Virus record (IMG/VR): IMGVR_UViG_3300047159_000046
Source of the DNA: a virus
Lineage: Duplodnaviria; Caudoviricetes
Reading direction: 5' to 3' (one strand)
DNA: 64,000 bases
Positions 32,079 to 41,098 of the stretch are shown here, piece by piece. Numbering within the stretch: the first letter of the stretch is position 1; each line of letters begins with the position of its first letter. Made by a program: the position numbers and the translations under genes. Below the pieces are notes generated by a model. The model had not been told where the DNA came from. It was given only the letters and a program-made list of their open reading frames with translations, and did no database searches.

Positions 32079-33362
32079 TTATTTTATTTTACTTTTACAT
32101 TCCTCAATAATATCATTGCCAATATTCATATCAAAACATTCCTTAATCTCGTCACAATTAAATGTCCGATATGTATCCTTGTCATTACCAAACACAAGAA
32201 AATAAGCCTTGTCTGTTTCTTTGACAAAGAAAACATTTTCCAAATGCCCATTGGACTTTTGACAAAAGAAATCATATATCATTCTCATATCCATTACTTT
32301 GAACAGCAAACAATCAAATGCAAAATCAAGATGGATTTCAAAACTGAAAGTATTGATAAGCGAATATATTATCAACGGGAAGGGATATATCTGTTTTTCT
32401 CCTATTCTTTTCCATACCTCCCCATTCTCCGTCTCATGGAAACCGACTCGGCATGGAATATTATCATTTATAACCTTTTCGGGAAAATACTGGATATCTG
32501 TTTTCTCTGCCTTTATGAAAGATACGGTCTGCTCTATTATATGATCCAGCAGTGGTTCGTTAACGTTTAATCCCATATACCTTTTTATATCCTGACAATA
32601 TTTTTGACAATATATATAAAACATTGTTTCTCTTTTTTTGAGTCTGGAATAAAAGGAATGCATATCTTCGTTATTGTCATATCCACGATATACCTTCATC
32701 GCAAAAGGTGTCAAAGACAAGTATCTGTCTTTTTGAGTATAATATCCAATAATAAATGGAACATCCAAATTTTTACCATTGAAACATACACTTTGTGCAT
32801 CCTCTTCACTCCATACCAGCTCATCTGAATGTCTCACATGAAACAAAACAGGACTATAATGTTGATTAATATCTGATTTTTTCAAATAAACAATGGTAAT
32901 ATCACTTTTCTTGTTAAGATGATCAAAATACAGATTTTTCGCATCTTCCACGTTCTCCGATCTTAAGAATGGATAATGGTCATAAACATTAACCACATAT
33001 TTGTTCCAGAAATCCTCCGCAATTTTTCCCTCATCCACAAAATCATCGGTTAATTGCAATATAACTGGTTGCCCATTCCTTTTTATATTATAAGTCCGTT
33101 TGCTAATGGGATTGTAAAAATCTATATCCACCACAATATCCCTTCCATTCTCATGATTTGTAAATACAAGCAAACCAGAAACATAAGGAGCAAAAAACTC
33201 TATTTCCATACTATCCGTCCATGCAGATTTGACGTAACACGACATAAAACTTTTTGATACCAGTTCCCTGAACTTCATCATCAGGTTTATTTTATGGAAA
33301 TTGACATTATTAAAGTATGTTTCTTTTTCTTTCATTTTATATGTCTTAAAATATATTTTCAC
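32079..33362 (-). CDS. hypothetical protein (paralogue of 30854-32074)
   Basis: Long ORF; start probably MKEKET. Confidence 0.8.
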   Translation of the reverse strand: MKIYFKTYKMKEKETYFNNVNFHKINLMMKFRELVSKSFMSCYVKSAWTDSMEIEFFAPYVSGLLVFTNHENGRDIVVDIDFYNPISKRTYNIKRNGQPVILQLTDDFVDEGKIAEDFWNKYVVNVYDHYPFLRSENVEDAKNLYFDHLNKKSDITIVYLKKSDINQHYSPVLFHVRHSDELVWSEEDAQSVCFNGKNLDVPFIIGYYTQKDRYLSLTPFAMKVYRGYDNNEDMHSFYSRLKKRETMFYIYCQKYCQDIKRYMGLNVNEPLLDHIIEQTVSFIKAEKTDIQYFPEKVINDNIPCRVGFHETENGEVWKRIGEKQIYPFPLIIYSLINTFSFEIHLDFAFDCLLFKVMDMRMIYDFFCQKSNGHLENVFFVKETDKAYFLVFGNDKDTYRTFNCDEIKECFDMNIGNDIIEECKSKIK

Positions 33363-33442
33363 AAATATAAATGTTTATTTCAACTTATGCAAATCAAACA
33401 ACATTTATTTTATATATATTTATTTTAACATTGTTTCACATC

Positions 33443-33457
33443 TGGCACGGTATTTGA
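33443..33457 (+). promoter_or_regulatory. degenerate sigma-54 site
   Basis: TGGCAC-GGTAT-TTGA. Confidence 0.5.
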
Positions 33458-33511
33458 GGAGGAGGGGCAAATTATGTAAATTTTGCAGATATTTATCAGT
33501 AAAAGAAAAGT

Positions 33512-33910
33512 ATGAGAAGAGTAAGATTAACGGAGGGACAGCTCCACAACGTGATTAGAGAATCTGTCAGTCAGATATTGAACGAGATTGATTGGAAAAC
33601 GTATGAGAACGCTGCTTATGGAAAACAGAGACGAATGAAGAATCCAGGTGATATGGATGAATGGAAAAGAGAAACAGGGCCTTTACTGGATGCAGCATAT
33701 AGAGCTCTACATAGAAAATATCCACATTTACAATCTGCATTGAATAAGAATTACGCCGATGAACCACTCACTCCAGAAGAACAGGAAGAGTTAGAAGCAT
33801 ACGATGAGGAATATTTTAATTTCAGTAATAATTATTACAAATACGAAAAGGGTGGAAGAGGATATTATTTTGATGATGACGATGATTATCTTGATGATGA
33901 AGATGAATAA
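33512..33910 (+). CDS. leader-family protein (MRRVRLTEGQLHNVIRES)
   Basis: Shared leader, acidic tail. Confidence 0.8.
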   Translation: MRRVRLTEGQLHNVIRESVSQILNEIDWKTYENAAYGKQRRMKNPGDMDEWKRETGPLLDAAYRALHRKYPHLQSALNKNYADEPLTPEEQEELEAYDEEYFNFSNNYYKYEKGGRGYYFDDDDDYLDDEDE

Positions 33911-34005
33911 CACATTCTCATATTTGATATGATAACATTAAGCGGAGAAACGTAACAGTTTTTCCGCTTTTTTTTGTATAAATATTTTTGACATTGTTTT
34001 ACGTC

Positions 34006-34020
34006 TGGCACGGTATTTGC
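34006..34020 (+). promoter_or_regulatory. sigma-54 consensus site followed by G10
   Basis: TGGCAC-GGTAT-TTGC. Confidence 0.65.
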
Positions 34021-34078
34021 GGGGGGGGGGTAAATTATCAAAACTTTGCAGATATTTATAGGAAAAGAAATAAAAATT

Positions 34079-34354
34079 ATGAGTAAAATTAGATTAACAG
34101 AATCGCAATTACACAGAGTGATTAATGAATCAATGAATCAAATCATCAGAGAGGAATTTGAAGGCGAAAACAATAGATTGGGAGCTATGTTCGGAGATTT
34201 AATAGATGTGTTATATGAAATTAACCAAGATCCAGAAAATGCCTCCCAATTGATACAAAAAGCTCTTGCGGTGATTGGTAAAATGGCTGAAAAGACAGGA
34301 GTTAGATTAAACGGCAATGGAACATTTATGAATCTTTATAACCAATCTTTCTAA
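34079..34354 (+). CDS. leader-family protein (MSKIRLTESQLHRVINES)
   Basis: Shared leader; ATG 34079. Confidence 0.8.
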   Translation: MSKIRLTESQLHRVINESMNQIIREEFEGENNRLGAMFGDLIDVLYEINQDPENASQLIQKALAVIGKMAEKTGVRLNGNGTFMNLYNQSF

Positions 34355-34492
34355 GATCACATAGACACATAAAATCCCGACTCAATAATTTGAATCGGGA
34401 TTATTTATTTGGTATCTACCAATATGTCTTTTCATACAACAAAAGCGGAAGAATCTTGAATGGTTCTTCCGCTTTTGTGTATATCATTCCTT

Positions 34493-34954
34493 TTATTTGG
34501 ACTTTATCTCATCTATTATCTCTGGAAGGATATCACTTCTGTATTGTTTCCAATAATCAATACTGTTGATGGATGTTGAGTAATGATATTGATATCCATT
34601 ATTCAGCATCTCGATTTTCCACCTGTATTGTCTGCCGTGATACAACAAAGACGAAGGCTTGATATTTTTATTCCAGTCAATCTGCAGAACCAATGGAGAA
34701 TAAGGCAATAAATTGTTTCTGCTTAGTGAAATTCTTGACTGCGTTTCAGATACTATTGCCGATGTTCTGAAATGAAGAAAAGAGCAATCAGAATCATTGA
34801 CGAATTTAATCCCAAGGCTGCTTTCCATATCTTCGATAATCATTGATATATCGTTTATGGTAAAGCCGTCTTCGTTATTGTTGTATTCCGATGCCCAGAT
34901 CCCAACCAATGCACCTATGACAAAGGATGCTAAAATGAAAATTATAAGCCACAT
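34493..34954 (-). CDS. membrane-anchored hypothetical protein
   Basis: N-terminal TM helix. Confidence 0.7.
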   Translation of the reverse strand: MWLIIFILASFVIGALVGIWASEYNNNEDGFTINDISMIIEDMESSLGIKFVNDSDCSFLHFRTSAIVSETQSRISLSRNNLLPYSPLVLQIDWNKNIKPSSLLYHGRQYRWKIEMLNNGYQYHYSTSINSIDYWKQYRSDILPEIIDEIKSK

Positions 34955-34959
34955 AAAAA

Positions 34960-35406
34960 CTACATGTTTGATTTTTTATTTATTTTGGATAATTGTTTGT
35001 TAAAATCGAATCGTTCGAGGTCCTCTCTGGAAGAAAAAGAAAACTCCTTTTTTATACCATTGCAAATCAGAATAACATACAGGAATTTAGATGCAGCATA
35101 ATAACAGACGGTTATTGAAATGTTCTTGTTCTCTCCTAAATAGGTAAGCACTCTTTCCTCATTGGCCATTGATTTCAATATTCTTTTGAACTTTAAAAGG
35201 ATATCACATTGGGAATATACAACAGACTGGATATGTTTCATAAAACTTCTGACCATCAGTTCGTTTATGGTTGCATGATATGAGCCAATCTTAGCCAGTA
35301 TCTCATAAATTGATATGACACATAAAAAAAGTACACATAAAGAAATCACAATTAAATCTGTATTTGTTATCAACATTAATTTTATCATTTTATCTTTTAT
35401 TATCAT
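34960..35406 (-). CDS. membrane-anchored hypothetical protein
   Basis: N-terminal TM helix. Confidence 0.65.
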   Translation of the reverse strand: MIIKDKMIKLMLITNTDLIVISLCVLFLCVISIYEILAKIGSYHATINELMVRSFMKHIQSVVYSQCDILLKFKRILKSMANEERVLTYLGENKNISITVCYYAASKFLYVILICNGIKKEFSFSSREDLERFDFNKQLSKINKKSNM

Positions 35407-35482
35407 GGTACATTGTGGTATCTATCAACGTACAGTCATGATGACATAACCAACAATAAATAGAACCAAAAATATAATAAAA

Positions 35483-36187
35483 TCAAGATAATACATTTCC
35501 TTTTATATCCTTGATGGCAGCATACACATCTTTAGTATTGAACACATAGTCCTCTCCAATAACTATTGTATGATGCTTGAAATTTACCCTGAATGGGAAC
35601 ATATTGCTCAGCAAGAAATAATGGGTGATATTGATACAATCATCATTGCTGTTCTGTATGTTTATGAATGTCCTTTCTTTTTCCTCCTTTGACAATAAAG
35701 CCAGTTGGGCAAGTTTTGACACGACTTCCACGTCTCTATTTTCATTATCCCTTTCTTTCAGCATTATATCTATACACTCTTGAAGTTGAGATGGATTGCT
35801 TATGACTATTGGATCATTGTTAGCCGCCTTTATTCTCATCTGATGCAATATTGGTATAGACCATAATACCTCAATAAAATGGGAGCCTTTCATCCAGCCA
35901 TTCGCCAATTGTATAAATCCGACATTGTCATGGAATGTTTTTAATATATTCTGTTCCCATTCTTCTGCATGCTCAAAATCAAGGCTCTTGGTATAATCAA
36001 AGATCACATCCTCTTTCCTTCCTGTTACTTGATTAAAAGAAATACAGACATCATGTGGCTGCCCATTATACTCGGAAATTATAGTGCACTCTTTTTTGCT
36101 GTTAAGGTTCAGCATGTGATTGTTTATTTCTATATCATAGAACAGTTTGGAGCCATTTAAGACCTCAACACTTTTTATATCTAACAA
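35483..36187 (-). CDS. hypothetical protein
   Basis: ORF; 5' end may be frameshifted. Confidence 0.7.
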   Translation of the reverse strand: MLDIKSVEVLNGSKLFYDIEINNHMLNLNSKKECTIISEYNGQPHDVCISFNQVTGRKEDVIFDYTKSLDFEHAEEWEQNILKTFHDNVGFIQLANGWMKGSHFIEVLWSIPILHQMRIKAANNDPIVISNPSQLQECIDIMLKERDNENRDVEVVSKLAQLALLSKEEKERTFINIQNSNDDCINITHYFLLSNMFPFRVNFKHHTIVIGEDYVFNTKDVYAAIKDIKGNVLS

Positions 36188-36491
36188 TCCGCATTTTTCC
36201 GAAGCAATAACATTTTTTCTTTAGTCTTTTTCATTTATCTTGTTTGTTTTTGATATTACTTAAATCATCTTTTTTGGCAAAAAAGTCATCATCTTTATTC
36301 CGTTGGTGAAATCGTTCCATGTCTTAATCAGTTGCTCGCCTGATAAGGAATTAAACCATTTCTCCATTTCATCTATAAACGTTTTTTTCATTTTGTGCTT
36401 GTTTTATTTTTCACAAATATACAAAATTATTTTGATAATTAAAAAATATATCATATATTTGTGATTATTAAAATTAATTGTTTCAAACATT

Positions 36492-36923
36492 ATGAGAATA
36501 AAAACGATTCTTAGAAAGACGATTGTCAACAAGGACAAAAGAACATGCGTGGCTGTCTATTATTGCCATGTTTATACCATTCTTCCAGAACTTGAATTCG
36601 ATTGTGTGGATCTGGTCGAAAAGAAATCAGAAACCAAACGACTGAATGTGAAAAAATTATGGGATGGATTCGATTTTACGGTTACAGGAATAGCCAAATG
36701 CCATGAAAGCGATACCTTCGATGAAAAGAGAGGACTCGAAATTGCAGAACAAAAGGCATTGATAAAAGCGTATAACAAAGCCGAATCCATATTCAAATAT
36801 GAAACACAAAAGGCACAAAAGATAATGTATGGATATGCCAAACTTACACAAGATATGTACGAAAAAGGACATGCAGCTTGGGTGAAATTAGGAAAAGCAA
36901 TGAACGTTCCAATGCCAGATTGA
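36492..36923 (+). CDS. phage protein with GIAKC...DTFDE..G.EIA motif
   Basis: Own TATATTTG promoter; motif shared with 11289-12278. Confidence 0.75.
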   Translation: MRIKTILRKTIVNKDKRTCVAVYYCHVYTILPELEFDCVDLVEKKSETKRLNVKKLWDGFDFTVTGIAKCHESDTFDEKRGLEIAEQKALIKAYNKAESIFKYETQKAQKIMYGYAKLTQDMYEKGHAAWVKLGKAMNVPMPD

Positions 36924-37116
36924 TTTTATCTCTAACATATAAAAAAACGGGATTGATTGTTTTATATCGGTCCCGATTTTTTTAATTTGTAACAATACCA
37001 CTAATCTGGATGATGAAGATGAATAACACATTTTCATATTTGATATAACAAACAAGCGGAGGAACGTAACGGTTTTTCCGCTTTTTTGTGTAAATATTTT
37101 GACATTGTTTTACGTC

Positions 37117-37131
37117 TGGCACGGTGTTTGC
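37117..37131 (+). promoter_or_regulatory. sigma-54 consensus site followed by G8
   Basis: TGGCAC-GGTGT-TTGC. Confidence 0.65.
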
Positions 37132-37186
37132 GGGGGGGGCGAATTATCATAATTTTGCAGATATTTATAGGAAAGGAAATAAAAAT

Positions 37187-37575
37187 ATGAGAAGAGTAAG
37201 ACTAACGGAGGGACAGCTCCACAGAATAATTAGAAACGCTGTCAACGAGGCAATGTGAGGATGATATGTCAGGGGATGAAGATGTTCAGCAAAGACGAGA
37301 CAAAATAGTTGAAACACTAAAAAAAGAAGGATATGATGCTTCGTAGGGATGGATACGGATTTCGAGCACCGAATAAATTCAGTGTATTTAGATGTGTATA
37401 TGACTACATGGATCAAGAGGAGGAGAAATGGGCTCAGGGAATTGTGGATAGATTTCATTTGAAAAAATACATGATTGTGGGATCCATGGCAGGATTATCA
37501 GAGTGGGAGATGGGAAGCAGATTGAAGATGGAGGTTATGCTCCTTATCAATGAGACTTTTATCTTTGATTTATAA
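37187..37575 (+). pseudogene. interrupted leader-family gene (MRRVRLTEGQLHRIIRNAVNEAM*)
   Basis: Stop at 37256-37258; coding-like sequence continues in other frames to 37575. Confidence 0.6.
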
Positions 37576-37670
37576 CTAATAAAATAAAGATTAATTGTCT
37601 ATTTAGGCTTTTATTAATTTGCAAAAAAAACAAGCGGAGAAACGTAACTATTCCTCCGCTTTTTTCATTA

Positions 37671-37955
37671 TTACGAATCACTCTCCATATCAATCATTTT
37701 ATTCAAAGACTCTTTTATTTCCTTGTTGGTAGAGAATGAATGAACAACTCTCTTGAAATCTATCTTTCCATTATTCTCAACAAACAAATCAGCATCCTTG
37801 TCGTTGATATGATATAGATGGATTTTGATGTTCTGTTTTTTATGGGGACAGAATACAATTTCATCAGAACCATCTCCACTAACCGAAACATCGCCGTAGA
37901 TGCCATTTAAATTCGTTTTAACGCACTCTTTGATATTGTCAAACCAGTTATTCAT
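37671..37955 (-). CDS. hypothetical protein
   Basis: ORF; 5' region duplicated at 38814-38851. Confidence 0.7.
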   Translation of the reverse strand: MNNWFDNIKECVKTNLNGIYGDVSVSGDGSDEIVFCPHKKQNIKIHLYHINDKDADLFVENNGKIDFKRVVHSFSTNKEIKESLNKMIDMESDS

Positions 37956-37985
37956 ATTTTTAAAATTAATCGATTATAAATGAAA

Positions 37986-38821
37986 TTAAAATTTGATTTC
38001 ATTATCTGTTGTTATATTGTTAATTTTTCTTTCTATAAGAGATATGTAATCAGGATTTAGTTCGTAACCTATGGCTCTTACGTCCCAATTCTATTGCAGC
38101 TTTCATTGTCGTACCAGTTCCCGCAAACGGGTCTAAAACAGTATCTCCCCAAAAGCTATATAAGTTTTATCAGACGTTTGGGTAATTCGATAGGGAATGG
38201 AGCTGGATGACCTTCCAATTTAGCTTTGGCTGGTTGAATATCCCAAATAGAATTAATCGCCCATTTTTGCCATTCTTCTGAAGTCAATTTACTTTTAGTC
38301 TTTATGTCAACACTTACAGGATCTCTTTTTCCTGCTTTGGAAAATACTGTAATCCATTCGTAAGGATAAGTCGAAAATATATTAGGTGGATATGGATAAC
38401 TTCCAAAAGAGCTGAATCTTCCTACCTTTCTCTTGTCCCATATATAAAGTCCAAACTGAAACATACATCCAGTTGAATCCATGAATTGTTCAATATCTCC
38501 AAGGACCAGCTTTGTTTCTCTTCTTTCAAATCGTGCGTTTTTACCCGTTAAAAGAAAAGGCATGATATTTATACATATCTTTCCATCTGGTGCCAATACC
38601 CTAACGCATTCAGACCATACATTATTTAATGATTCAATATATGATTCATAAGAAGAACTGCCTTTACCTATTTGTCCTTTAACATCATAATCTTTCAAGG
38701 TCCAATAAGGAGGACTGGTAACAATCAGATTGACACTATTGTCTTGTATTTCTGACATATATGTAGAATCCCCTAAATACAATAGGGAATCTTTATTTCT
38801 TAATTGAATTGCTTTATTCAT
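37986..38821 (-). CDS. beta-class N4/N6 DNA methyltransferase (frameshifted near 3' end)
   Basis: IVTSPPY and HPAPFP in main ORF; motif [12 protein letters not shown] and IGYELNPDY lie downstream of 38156 in shifted frames. Confidence 0.85.
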
Positions 38822-38859
38822 ATTTTTAAAATTAATCGATTATAAATGAAAATTAAGAT

Positions 38860-39246
38860 TTCAGCCTTATTAAAAACTCAACATAATATTATTATGTCTC
38901 CAATCTTGTTTAAAGATTTGTTTTTAATACGGCAACAGACCAATAAATACCTATTGTCAATTGTTTAAAGAGCAATTCTGAAACACAGTTCCAAATACTC
39001 TATCAAAAATGCTATTTTTCAAAAAAATAAGAACATAACCATAATGTTACACTCCTCCGTCTTTTACAAGACTTTTTTGAAACGACAACAGACCAACAAA
39101 GACCTGTTGTCAATTGTTTAAAGAGCAATTCTGAAACACAGTTTCAAACACTCTATCAATTTCATGATTATTTTTCAAAAAGTAAGAACGTAACCATAAG
39201 GTTACACTCCTCTGTCTTTTACGAGACTTTTTTGAAACGACAACAG
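38860..39246 (-). ncRNA. tandem array of ~155-nt structured RNA-like repeats (omegaRNA-like) at TnpB 3' end
   Basis: Unit starts at 39246, 39091, 38938; conserved hairpins; copy 3 has different sequence but the same stems. Confidence 0.6.
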
Positions 39247-40812
39247 AACCTCCTTCACCTTATCTCTTTTCATTTTCTTGGGTTCAAAAGCTCCATTATC
39301 ACGTTTTTTTAAGAGTGAATTCCGCAACACAGTTACGAGCACTCTGTTTCTTATATTAATGGCTGCGTTGATATCCGCATTCATCTCGTGACCGCAATCA
39401 ACACATTTGAAATGTTCCTGACATTTTCTATTGTCGTCATCTATGCAACCGCATACAGGACACATTTTGGAAGTATAACTGGCATGAACGGTCGATATGG
39501 CAATATTGTATTTTCTGGCGATATGTTCAAACTCATCTTTGAGAGAGGAAATATTCAGAACACTTACAATTCTATTGAAGTTGATGTCTGCATTGTCCGA
39601 ATCGTGTACAAATGATTTTCCGAATCCGTTATCCAGATTTTCCATAACCACTTGACCTATATGCTTATCTTTAAGATACTTGCAAACATCAACAATGATA
39701 CGCTGGTTTTGATGATGTATTTTATAACGTATTTTATCAATCTTTGCCTGTCTTTTCTTTCCTATCTGGTAAGACGGACATCTTGATTTAATGGTATCCA
39801 GTTTTGTCATTTCGTCACAATAATCTTTAAGAAGTGTTCTGTCATAATCGAATACAGAGCCATCAGACAAAGAAAAAAGATTGTGTTTTATGTTCACATC
39901 AATTCCCATGGTCATTGTGTTATCAGACACTTCTGGCAGATATCTGTCCCCATCTACGCAAAAGAGGATTCTTACCTGCTTCTTGATATCATCAAGATGT
40001 ATTTTATAATATGTCGTATTCAATTTCTCATATCTTTTCATATCTCCATGATAATCAGAAGAATAAGACACTGGAATACTGCATATAACATGTCTCGATA
40101 TACAAAGATTTACAAAAGCATTAATATTTGAATTATAATTCTTATTATAAGATATAAGATTGTTCAATCCGCTTTTGATACTAAAAGTAAGAGATTTAAA
40201 TACGATAGGATAATGACTATACCGATCCATTACAAGTGTCTTATGATCTTGCGCTATACGGAAAAGTCTGTCAAATCCGAACTTGCCGATATGATTCAAA
40301 ATGTTCTGATAGAACTTCTTCTTGTTTTCATCAGCAGACTTTATTGATGTGTTGATAAAGTCCACGGTTGATTCCCGTCCATATTTAGCCAGATAGGACA
40401 ATGTAATGGAAAGAGGAGTCGTTTCATCCTTTCTGATTATCTTTTTGATTTCACCTATCTTATGTCCGTTGGAAGTTCTCTTGTATCTTTCAAATCCAGA
40501 ACACACCGTATGAACAAATTTCATCTTGTTGTTTATGGCCTCAAATTTGTTCTGATAAGCTACATATACCTCATCAATCGCCATTGCATAAAAAGCGGAT
40601 TCCAATTCAATCTTATTATAATTGTTTCTTATGAATTTGGAAAACTCAAACTTGTTCATATCCAAAAAATCATTCAGATTGGCATTAACATATACCGAAA
40701 GCTCATTTTTGAACTTGATAATCTCAATCGCCTTGGCGTGAATCTTGTCATATTTTGAACGTGTAAGAGAATTGCTTACAAAAATTTTGGTGTATTTGCT
40801 ATGCTCAATCAT
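39202..40812 (-). CDS. tnpB: TnpB/Cas12f-like RNA-guided nuclease (536 aa)
   Basis: RuvC-I GIDVN, RuvC-II VMENL, TS..CPVCG..FKCVDCG Zn finger, RuvC-III NADINAAINI; own promoter ~40843-40853; no TnpA adjacent. Confidence 0.9.
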   Translation of the reverse strand: MIEHSKYTKIFVSNSLTRSKYDKIHAKAIEIIKFKNELSVYVNANLNDFLDMNKFEFSKFIRNNYNKIELESAFYAMAIDEVYVAYQNKFEAINNKMKFVHTVCSGFERYKRTSNGHKIGEIKKIIRKDETTPLSITLSYLAKYGRESTVDFINTSIKSADENKKKFYQNILNHIGKFGFDRLFRIAQDHKTLVMDRYSHYPIVFKSLTFSIKSGLNNLISYNKNYNSNINAFVNLCISRHVICSIPVSYSSDYHGDMKRYEKLNTTYYKIHLDDIKKQVRILFCVDGDRYLPEVSDNTMTMGIDVNIKHNLFSLSDGSVFDYDRTLLKDYCDEMTKLDTIKSRCPSYQIGKKRQAKIDKIRYKIHHQNQRIIVDVCKYLKDKHIGQVVMENLDNGFGKSFVHDSDNADINFNRIVSVLNISSLKDEFEHIARKYNIAISTVHASYTSKMCPVCGCIDDDNRKCQEHFKCVDCGHEMNADINAAINIRNRVLVTVLRNSLLKKRDNGAFEPKKMKRDKVKEVLLSFQKSLVKDRGV

Positions 40813-41098
40813 TTGATATTTAATGATATTGTTTTAAATTCGATGCAAAGATACAAAATAATTTCAAAAAAACAATAGAATTTATATAAAAAAATAAAAA
40901 CACTACTATTTTTTAATAGAGGAAAGATAAAGACGAGAGGATAAACTGAATGTCCGAGTGGAATATATCAAACTAATATACTACACATAGCAATTATATG
41001 CAATTCGGTTTTAAAACTCGGACATAATAGAAACTTGATGTTGTGAAACATTCAGTTTTTTTAAACCATGTGGTTCGAGAGAATAGCATGGTTTTTTT

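Noticed and set aside
39202-40812. Complete IS200/IS605 or IS607 element, or Cas12 locus
   Set aside because: No TnpA, no cas1/cas2 and no repeat-spacer array with unique spacers
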